Virus record (IMG/VR): IMGVR_UViG_3300023176_005522
Coordinates: 1-33,173 of that record
Origin: a virus
Taxonomy: Duplodnaviria; Caudoviricetes
Strand: one strand, 5' to 3'
DNA: 33,173 nucleotides
The notes below the pieces were generated by a model, which was given only the letters and a program-made list of their open reading frames with translations, was not told the origin of the DNA and searched no databases. Below are positions 1 through 7,192 of this stretch, in pieces. The position numbers and the translations under genes are program-made. Position 1 is the stretch's first letter. Every line of letters starts with the position of its first letter.

Positions 1-1
1 A

Positions 2-1387
2 AAAATAACAGCGGTACCGTATTTTTACGATAAACAACTGCGAAAATATATTCAGCAGTTTATTCGTATCTTTGCAGGTTTCCAAGTTGCTATGCACACC
101 AATAACGAAGGCAACATTGTATATCAAACAGTGCCTGTGCGTTATGGTGATGTCAGTAGAATGGCAGCACACATTGTCAGAGAAAACAGTGAAAACATGT
201 TGCAAACAACACCATTTATCAGTTGTCATGTAACAGGATTAGAAGTCGCTCCTCAGAGTAGAACATATCCACAGTTCGAAGAAACTCTGCCTGTATATGA
301 GAAAAAATACAACGAAGTTACCAACAGTTACGAAGATGAAGTAGGAAACGTTTACAGTATTAAACGTCACCAACCTGTGCCTTATACAATGACTATGCAG
401 GTAGATTTATGGACATCAAACACAGAGCAAAAACTACAATTATTAGAACAAATACTAGTGCTGTTCAACCCAACACTGAACATACACACCAATGACAATG
501 CGCTAGATTGGAGTACACTGAGCTATGTTGAATTGATTAGTACAACATGGAGCATGCGAGCAATACCTAGTGGTGTAGACGATATCATTGATATCAGTAC
601 ACTTACTTTCCAATTGCCTGTACTGATCAATCCTCCTGCTAAAGTTCTACGCAACACTGTTATTCATACTATCATTGACAACATCGACGAAGTAAATGAT
701 GCAGGACTAGAAAGTCTAAGAGCAGGCGGAAGTTACACTCCAATCTTTACTAGTTTCCAAGTTGTTACATTAGATCAACACAAGATGAAATTTGAAATCG
801 ACAACAACGGAAATGCTACTGCACAGTTGTTGAGCTTAACAGGCAGCAACCTAGACAGTGCAGGAAATGTGTTAAGTTGGGAAGATGTGTTTGAACCGTT
901 TGGAGAGTTCAGAGATAGCATCAGTCAAATACGTTTAAAAACAACAGAAGATCCTAGCAATGTCACAAACGACATTGTTGGCAATATCACTGTGAACAAA
1001 GCAAATGCAAATCTACTTGATATTACTATAGACTCTAGTACTATTCCAAGTAACACACAAGGAACTGTGGATGCAGTAATCAATCCACAATTAAATTATC
1101 CTGGTGACGGAACACTTACTCCTGCTACAAACGGAGACAGATATCTTATTTTAACTGACTTGCCATTAGGTGCTCCTGCAGGCTGGGGAGGAAGTACAGC
1201 CAGTGTAAATGATATTATCGAATACAACAGCGGATCTTGGAATGTAGTATTTGACGCAAGTACAGTTACTAACATAGAATACACAACAAACACAACAACA
1301 CTAGACAGTTTAAAATGGACAGGAACCAAATGGATTAACACATTTGAAGGTACATACAATCCTGGATTTTGGCGAATTTACATCTAA
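2..1387 (+). CDS. T4 gp15-like tail sheath stabilizer/tail completion protein with C-terminal extension (5'-partial)
   Basis: Frame is open from base 2 (KITAVPYFYDKQLRKYIQQFIRIFAGFQV), upstream of the listed ATG at 92. The YFYD..RKY...F...F, VPVRYG, PVPY.M...D.W and Q.LEQIL..FNP motifs are typical of gp15-like proteins of large myoviruses. Confidence 0.75.
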   Translation, partial: KITAVPYFYDKQLRKYIQQFIRIFAGFQVAMHTNNEGNIVYQTVPVRYGDVSRMAAHIVRENSENMLQTTPFISCHVTGLEVAPQSRTYPQFEETLPVYEKKYNEVTNSYEDEVGNVYSIKRHQPVPYTMTMQVDLWTSNTEQKLQLLEQILVLFNPTLNIHTNDNALDWSTLSYVELISTTWSMRAIPSGVDDIIDISTLTFQLPVLINPPAKVLRNTVIHTIIDNIDEVNDAGLESLRAGGSYTPIFTSFQVVTLDQHKMKFEIDNNGNATAQLLSLTGSNLDSAGNVLSWEDVFEPFGEFRDSISQIRLKTTEDPSNVTNDIVGNITVNKANANLLDITIDSSTIPSNTQGTVDAVINPQLNYPGDGTLTPATNGDRYLILTDLPLGAPAGWGGSTASVNDIIEYNSGSWNVVFDASTVTNIEYTTNTTTLDSLKWTGTKWINTFEGTYNPGFWRIYI

Positions 1388-1845
1388 TGATACAAGCAAG
1401 CGGAGGCTGTTTTCTGGCTCTTGACACAGGCAGAATAATGTTACAGCAAAGAAGTAAAACATCAAGTCATGCACTTAAATGGAGTTTTTGGGGCGGCAAA
1501 GCAGAACGCAAAGAACGTCCTGTTGAAACACTGTTGCGTGAATGCAAAGAAGAACTAGGCCCATTACCTGACATTGAAAAAGTTTATCCGCTACACACCT
1601 TTCTCAGTGATGATGGAAAGTTTACTTACAATGCTTTTTGTATCACAGTGTTTGAAGAATTTATTCCACAGTGTAATCACGAAAGCAGTGGGTATGCTTG
1701 GGTAGAACTAGGATGCTGGCCCAAGCCGTTACACAGAGGCGCATATCTTGTGTTACAAAACAATGAGATGACAGAAAAAATACAAACTATCTATGAACGT
1801 CAAAAAGACAAATTAGATTTGCCAAATTGGCTAGATACTTTCTAA
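1387..1845 (+). CDS. NUDIX hydrolase
   Basis: Nudix box GGKAERKERPVETLLRECKEELG (GX5EX7REUXEEXG). The likely start is the ATG at 1387, which overlaps the upstream TAA (TAATG coupling). Confidence 0.9.
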   Translation: MIQASGGCFLALDTGRIMLQQRSKTSSHALKWSFWGGKAERKERPVETLLRECKEELGPLPDIEKVYPLHTFLSDDGKFTYNAFCITVFEEFIPQCNHESSGYAWVELGCWPKPLHRGAYLVLQNNEMTEKIQTIYERQKDKLDLPNWLDTF

Positions 1846-2510
1846 ACTTCCGGAAACAAACAATCTTCAATAAAATGTTTAACATCATCTGCAGGAAGTC
1901 CTAGACTTTCCATAACTTTAGGTGTATGGGGATTCTGCTTTTGATAATAACAATATCTATTTTGTTTTTCACGAATTAAAGCGGTATTGGCACTAGATGT
2001 AGTATACTTTGGAAGCTCAGCTAAGTATGTATCCAAATTGTCCAATGCCATAGTAATAACTTGATCTATTTCATCTTCTTTAACATTACTAGCAGCTACC
2101 ATGTGTTTGCTGAATATTGCTTGCGCCCAAGGCGGAAGTTCTCTGGTCTTGCGCCATTCTAATTCACTCACAAAGTCGCCAAACAAGTTAACCATCGGGT
2201 GTTCCCAATCTAGTGTGGGCGAGTAATCATGAAATGCACCTGTTACTTTGTTGCGTCCACATACAATATCAAAGCCATATATAGGAGCATCATTATCCCA
2301 ATTTGGAAAAATACAAATGTGTGTCATATACAAGCCTTTGCTTTCTCTTGCATCAACACTGTCTATGTGAGCTCTGCGAAAATGTTCTCCTTTGAACACA
2401 CGATTGAGCCATCCAAACTCTGGATCATCAAACTGTTCTTCTCCCATTGATGCACATTTGTCGATAATAGCACTTTCGCACTCCAACATTTTTTCCCAGA
2501 TTACACTCAT
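1842..2510 (-). CDS. pcyX: Ferredoxin-dependent bilin reductase, PcyX type (PcyA-related)
   Basis: Motifs FRRAHID, LYMTHICIFP, PIYGFD, GAFHDYSP, RELPPWA.IFS and QNRYCYYQKQNPHT. Asp sits at the position of PcyA Glu76, and the Asp/His/Asp triad (D50/H64/D81 here) is spaced as I recall for phage PcyX. The start ATG at 2510 overlaps the upstream stop (ATGA). Confidence 0.85.
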   Translation of the reverse strand: MSVIWEKMLECESAIIDKCASMGEEQFDDPEFGWLNRVFKGEHFRRAHIDSVDARESKGLYMTHICIFPNWDNDAPIYGFDIVCGRNKVTGAFHDYSPTLDWEHPMVNLFGDFVSELEWRKTRELPPWAQAIFSKHMVAASNVKEDEIDQVITMALDNLDTYLAELPKYTTSSANTALIREKQNRYCYYQKQNPHTPKVMESLGLPADDVKHFIEDCLFPEV

Positions 2511-2923
2511 TTTAGCCAAGCAATCTTTTTGCCACTATCTTTACGACTTTGCCATTCTTCTACACTGCCTGGATAACGCCATGCCCATATTGCAACCAAT
2601 AACATAAATCCACCACTCCATAAAACTGCATTGATATTGTTTGTACTGATCCATAAAAATCCTAAACTGCTGGTCATTACTGCTACCATTGCATATTTGC
2701 CGTATGTTGGAAATACTTTCTTCTGTGTCCAATTGGTTAAAAACGGTCCAAACCACTTGTGATTGTATAACCAATCATGCATGCGTTTTGAACTTTTAGC
2801 AAAAGCCCAAGCTGCCATTACAAGAAATATACTAAACGGTATTCCTGGTACTACAATTCCAATATAAGCCATGCCTAAGCAGAAAAAACCAAATGCCATA
2901 TAGACATACTTTTTAATGTTCAT
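2507..2923 (-). CDS. ybaN: YbaN/DUF454 family inner-membrane protein
   Basis: G.IG.VVPG.P...F...AAWAFAKSS.R.H.WL..H.WFGP....W signature, hydrophobic helices, and an AAGGA RBS upstream. Confidence 0.85.
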   Translation of the reverse strand: MNIKKYVYMAFGFFCLGMAYIGIVVPGIPFSIFLVMAAWAFAKSSKRMHDWLYNHKWFGPFLTNWTQKKVFPTYGKYAMVAVMTSSLGFLWISTNNINAVLWSGGFMLLVAIWAWRYPGSVEEWQSRKDSGKKIAWLK

Positions 2924-2949
2924 GATGCGTCCTTTATTAAATACTATGT

Positions 2950-2956
2950 TATTTAG
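2950..2956 (-). promoter_or_regulatory. Possible late promoter variant (CTAAATA) for ybaN-pcyX
   Basis: TAAATA core 27 nt before the ybaN ATG, similar to the spacing of the NATAAATA motifs upstream of structural genes. Confidence 0.4.
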
Positions 2957-2960
2957 CTAG

Positions 2961-2989
2961 TTGACTAATTGCACAAAACCATATATAAT
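2961..2989 (+). promoter_or_regulatory. Sigma70-type (early) promoter for hldD-hldE
   Basis: TTGACT (2961-2966), 17 nt, TATAAT (2984-2989), then a GGAGG RBS at 2999-3003 and ATG at 3009. Confidence 0.75.
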
Positions 2990-3008
2990 AATACAAATGG
3001 AGGCATGA

Positions 3009-3878
3009 ATGCATATTGTAACAGGCGCTGCTGGTTTTATTGGCAGTAACATGGTTGCTTATTTGAACAGCCAAGGACATAAAGACATTATTTGTGCTGA
3101 TACACTTAATCAACATAAAGTACAAAATTTAGCAGGTTTAGAGTTTGAAGATTTTATACACCCAGACGAACTGCTAAAAAGAAATTTAAGACAAGATACA
3201 GTTTGGCACTTAGGTGCTAACAGCAAAACCAGTAGTGACGATTGGGATAGCATATACCAAAGTAACGTTATGTACACTAGACAGCTATTAGAAACTGCAC
3301 AAGACATTGTGTTTGCTAGCAGTGCCAGTGTTTATGGAGATAACGAAGATACCGAAGAAACTCCCAAAAACGAAGCACCTAAAAACATGTATGCTGCAAC
3401 TAAAATGATGTGCGATAATTTACTTGTATCTAATACTGCACAAACACAAAGTTGGCGTTTCTTTAATGTATACGGCAACAGAGAACAACACAAAGTAAAT
3501 GCAGGTATGGCAAGTCCTTACAGTAACTTTATACATCAAGCACGTAACACTGGTGTAATTAAACTTTTTAGAAACAGTCAACGAGTACACAGAGATTTCA
3601 TTTGTGTTGATGATGTTGTTAAGATCATGTACGATTGTCATAAAAAATATCATCATTCTTTTATTTGTAACTTAGGTACAGGAGATACCTACAGTTTTCA
3701 AAAATGGGGAGAACTGATTGCTAGAAAGTACAATGCAGAAATTGAATACATCGAAGTACCTAAAGAACTTGAAGGTATCTATCAAATGTATACTCGCAGT
3801 AACAACAACAAACTTTCTAAGAAAATAGGAGACTACAAATTTATTACTCCTGAAGAATTTGTAGAGGCCAATCTATGA
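3009..3878 (+). CDS. hldD: ADP-L-glycero-D-manno-heptose 6-epimerase (extended SDR)
   Basis: IVTGAAGFIGSN, HLGA.S.T, FASSASVYG, catalytic YAATK, RFFNVYG.RE.HK..MAS, RDFI.VDDV, NLGTG and YQ.YT match the RfaD/GmhD pattern; adjacent to hldE. Confidence 0.9.
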   Translation: MHIVTGAAGFIGSNMVAYLNSQGHKDIICADTLNQHKVQNLAGLEFEDFIHPDELLKRNLRQDTVWHLGANSKTSSDDWDSIYQSNVMYTRQLLETAQDIVFASSASVYGDNEDTEETPKNEAPKNMYAATKMMCDNLLVSNTAQTQSWRFFNVYGNREQHKVNAGMASPYSNFIHQARNTGVIKLFRNSQRVHRDFICVDDVVKIMYDCHKKYHHSFICNLGTGDTYSFQKWGELIARKYNAEIEYIEVPKELEGIYQMYTRSNNNKLSKKIGDYKFITPEEFVEANL

Positions 3879-5011
3879 AAGTACTAGTAATCGGCGATAT
3901 TATTGTTGACAAGTACATTTATGGTTCTAGTACTAGACTAAGTCCAGAGGCTCCTGTTCCTGTGGTAAATCAAGATCAAGTTAAAGAAACAATTGGCGGT
4001 GCTGGACTAGTCTACGAAAACTTGCGTAGTCTTGGAGTTGACACAGTGTTGTATGACTATGATCAACCCAAAAGTATCAAAACCAGAGTTATGTGTGATG
4101 GACATTATGTAACAAGAATTGACGAAGATTATCGTGCTGATGGATATGAAATACTAGAAGAATTACGAGACATCGACTTTGGCAATTACGATTACGTTAT
4201 ACTGAGTGATTACAACAAAGGTGTGCTAGACTTTGCTGATGAAATTATAGCAATGGCAAATAGTGCAGGTTGTTATACTATTGTAGATCCAAAACGACCT
4301 GCACACTATTATAAAGATGCATGGTTAGTAAAACCCAATCACCAAGAATACACTAATTTTGGATTTACTGATTGGCCCAGTAACATGATTATAACCAATG
4401 CAAGCGAAAGTGTAATAGCTGCAATAGACAAAGAAGTATATAATATTCCTGTAGAACCGGTAGAAGTCTCAGATGTCACTGGTGCTGGTGATTGTTTCTT
4501 AGCGGCATTTGTGTATGCAATTACACGAGGATATGATTATAAAAAGGCTGTCGAACTGGCTGTTAAAGGTTCAACTGAAAGTGTCAAACACGTTGGTACA
4601 TACATTCTTAAAGAAAAAGATTTACAGAAACGTGTAATATTCACCAATGGTTGTTTTGATATATTGCACAAAGGACATTTAACATTGCTCAAAGAAGCTC
4701 GCAGTTTAGGAGACAAATTAGTTGTAGGATTAAATAGTGATGCAAGTGTTAAGCGTCTTAAAGGAAACAGTCGTCCTATTAACGATCAACAAACAAGACT
4801 AGAGCAACTTGATCTTATACCTTATGTAGATGAAGTAATTGTGTTTGACCAAGACACTCCATACGAATTAATTAAACAACTAAAGCCCGACATGATTGTC
4901 AAAGGCGGAGATTACACTGTAGAAGAAATTGTAGGACATGACTTAGCACCTGTGCATATTGTGCCCACAGTACAAGGACACAGCACAACAAAAATATTAA
5001 CTCAGATTTGA
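3875..5011 (+). CDS. hldE: Bifunctional heptose-7-phosphate kinase / heptose-1-phosphate adenylyltransferase (compact)
   Basis: N-domain: VIGD..VD.Y..G...RLSPEAPVPVV, SDYNKG, DPK, KPN..E, PfkB DVTGAGD. C-domain: FTNGCFDILHKGH, GLNSDASVKRLKG..RP, KGGDY, GHSTT. Confidence 0.92.
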   Translation: MKVLVIGDIIVDKYIYGSSTRLSPEAPVPVVNQDQVKETIGGAGLVYENLRSLGVDTVLYDYDQPKSIKTRVMCDGHYVTRIDEDYRADGYEILEELRDIDFGNYDYVILSDYNKGVLDFADEIIAMANSAGCYTIVDPKRPAHYYKDAWLVKPNHQEYTNFGFTDWPSNMIITNASESVIAAIDKEVYNIPVEPVEVSDVTGAGDCFLAAFVYAITRGYDYKKAVELAVKGSTESVKHVGTYILKEKDLQKRVIFTNGCFDILHKGHLTLLKEARSLGDKLVVGLNSDASVKRLKGNSRPINDQQTRLEQLDLIPYVDEVIVFDQDTPYELIKQLKPDMIVKGGDYTVEEIVGHDLAPVHIVPTVQGHSTTKILTQI

Positions 5012-5808
5012 TATACCCTATCCCAGAAATGTTGGGGTTCACTTGTAATATTATATTCGTGTTCTTGTAATTTCCAATTGATCATACTCTGGTGATCATT
5101 GAATATAGGCTTTCTATCTTGTATTGAGAAGTCTACTGTACGTTTATCATCAGCTTGAAACCATTGGTATATTTTTTCAGCCAACCATAGATGATTGTCT
5201 TTACTTAAATGCATTATTCGTTTATCAATTTTTTCACCACTGTCTAAAAAATCTTGTTTCCATTCATAAACAGCGAATTCACTCACTTCTAAATCACTCA
5301 ATGAAAGATCAACACTGTGCAATGGTTGACTTTCAAATCCTGCTATTACAAAAAAATTACGCCAATTTCTCCACTGTGCTGTTTGATATATCCAATGCAA
5401 TACTAACTCTAAATGTATGTGTCCAATTTCACTTGCACTATCTAGAAAAATGTCTTGTACAAAATTTTTCAATGACTTTTTTTGTTTTTTTGAAAGCCTC
5501 GACCAGCCATTTTCGTGTAATCCTAAAATATTACTATAATTAGGATAATTCTTAAATAGCCATCGTCTAGTCACACTACTAGTTACAACAACAATGTAGT
5601 CTTCAGGTTTAATTTTTGTTTTCAACTCACTGATCATATACCAGATAAATTCGTTGCCAACACCATGTGTGCCATTTACTCGCAATTCATCACATCCTAA
5701 TTTCTTAGCTAAATTACGTGTCCAGCACCAATCGCTAGTATTTTTAAAATTTAAATGATAATTTTCTTCATTAACAAAGCTATCACCAAATACCCACAGT
5801 GTACTCAA
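5002..5808 (-). CDS. Hypothetical protein, SGNH/GDSL-like
   Basis: N-terminal LWVFGDSF, central G.GN and C-terminal HLS..NH...A, a pattern reminiscent of SGNH-like phage proteins. Overlaps the hldE 3' end by 10 nt. Confidence 0.5.
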   Translation of the reverse strand: MSTLWVFGDSFVNEENYHLNFKNTSDWCWTRNLAKKLGCDELRVNGTHGVGNEFIWYMISELKTKIKPEDYIVVVTSSVTRRWLFKNYPNYSNILGLHENGWSRLSKKQKKSLKNFVQDIFLDSASEIGHIHLELVLHWIYQTAQWRNWRNFFVIAGFESQPLHSVDLSLSDLEVSEFAVYEWKQDFLDSGEKIDKRIMHLSKDNHLWLAEKIYQWFQADDKRTVDFSIQDRKPIFNDHQSMINWKLQEHEYNITSEPQHFWDRVYQI

Positions 5809-6170
5809 CGTTGACTATCTCCTTTAGCAATACGATAATTATCTTCAACACTGTCAGGAGTGCTTACTTCAATAATAATACTGTTATCTTCCATAGCAAT
5901 CAGTTGGTGAGGCAACATTGGTTCGTTTCGCCAGGTTTCCCCTTTGGTCAATACAGTTGTTTCCATTTCAGCAGTTTGTGTATTCATAGTGTGCAGCGTA
6001 AAACTACCATTCAGAACATACCAACTTTCGTCTTTGTCTTTGTGAAAATGCATGCTAAACTTTGCACCTTTTTTGTCAAAGAACATTAGTTTACCGCAAT
6101 ACTTTTCGTTAGTAGCCCATATTAATTCACGGCCCCAACCTTTTTCTTGTACACCTTCAAGTTGTGTCAT
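5805..6170 (-). CDS. Cupin-fold protein (sugar isomerase-like)
   Basis: KGWGRE.IW, SMHFH..KDESWYV..G, PH.L.A and EVST.D...DNYR. The ATG at 6170 overlaps the upstream TGA (ATGA); the ORF track starts at 6188. Confidence 0.8.
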   Translation of the reverse strand: MTQLEGVQEKGWGRELIWATNEKYCGKLMFFDKKGAKFSMHFHKDKDESWYVLNGSFTLHTMNTQTAEMETTVLTKGETWRNEPMLPHQLIAMEDNSIIIEVSTPDSVEDNYRIAKGDSQR

Positions 6171-7192
6171 TGTTGTTCTAGTTTCCATTGTTCATGTTCA
6201 GGATGATTTTCAGATTCTCTTGGATCAGGAAGTGCAGTGTGCTTTTCATCTATGTTTAGTTCATATATAGCTTTTATAGGAAGTTCTAATCTGCAATCGT
6301 TATCTATATCCCAAAACGCTACAATTGCTTCCGGATCCCACCTCCGTTCATGAGGTACAACATCTTGTTCTAAATCTTCAGGTATAGTAACATTTACTGT
6401 AACTAAATTAGGATCGTTGATGCTTTTAGGTTGGTTTTTAGCATCAGGATCTTTTTTATAAATTAACTCCGCATTCCATCTGCTAAGTTTTTCTATCAAC
6501 CAATGTTGTTCTGCATTCCATTTATAAAATCCTGTGTGCCACATGTGATGTACCCTTCTAATGTTTATACTTAACCAGTCATTTATATCTCCACACCAAA
6601 CCCATACATGAGGATCTACAGTAACAAAATCTTGTTGTGGAGCATTTTCTCCTTGTGGAGCCTGATCACTTCTCAGTGTTACTAGCATCTTTTTGACTGT
6701 ATCAGGAGGATGATTAATTTTTAAATCACTTCCTTGTAATTCTGTAATAGGTGTACCATCAACAATGTCTCCTTGAGGATGATATCCTCCAACATCAAGA
6801 TAAACAGTTCCTTGCTCTAATGTATATACCAAATCTTTTTTGTATTGAATACATTCTTCATCTGGAATCCATTCTTTTGTCAAGTCTGGATATTTTTCAT
6901 ACATTTCTTTATCTGTTAGTGTGTGTTTATCGATATAATATTGTCGCCAATAATTGTTTACAAATCCGTCTCTTATATCTTCAATTAAATCTTGAGAAAA
7001 ATCTTTATCCCAGGGAGGCCCAGGTTCATTTGGATCAAAGTTATCAACTAACTCATACCACTTTCTGAATCTGAATTCTTCGCGTTCTGATTCAGGATGA
7101 ACTTGCTTAGGGTTATTTACAGGATCATATGGTATACCATAGTATGGATCAATAATATCTCCATTAATCTGTTTTAGTTGTTTCTTGCTCAT
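6167..7192 (-). CDS. Hypothetical acidic protein, possibly two SH3/Sm-like (DUF2693/WYL_2-like) domains
   Basis: 341-aa ORF inside an overlapping operon. The segments L..G.V...KKMLVTL.SD..P...VWVWCGDINDWLSI and VAFWDIDNDCRLELPI loosely resemble that family. Confidence 0.4.
   Translation of the reverse strand: MSKKQLKQINGDIIDPYYGIPYDPVNNPKQVHPESEREEFRFRKWYELVDNFDPNEPGPPWDKDFSQDLIEDIRDGFVNNYWRQYYIDKHTLTDKEMYEKYPDLTKEWIPDEECIQYKKDLVYTLEQGTVYLDVGGYHPQGDIVDGTPITELQGSDLKINHPPDTVKKMLVTLRSDQAPQGENAPQQDFVTVDPHVWVWCGDINDWLSINIRRVHHMWHTGFYKWNAEQHWLIEKLSRWNAELIYKKDPDAKNQPKSINDPNLVTVNVTIPEDLEQDVVPHERRWDPEAIVAFWDIDNDCRLELPIKAIYELNIDEKHTALPDPRESENHPEHEQWKLEQQ

Noticed and set aside
92-94. ORF-track starts at 92, 1369, 2519, 6188 and 32808
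   Set aside because: The first and last genes run off the window edges. For the other three, ATGs overlapping the upstream stop (1387, 2510, 6170) are more plausible.
1842-2510. Calling the reductase cyanophage pcyA or pebS
   Set aside because: It has Asp rather than Glu at the PcyA Glu76-equivalent position and retains the His/Asp pair, which fits PcyX better. No cyanophage photosynthesis genes are in the window.
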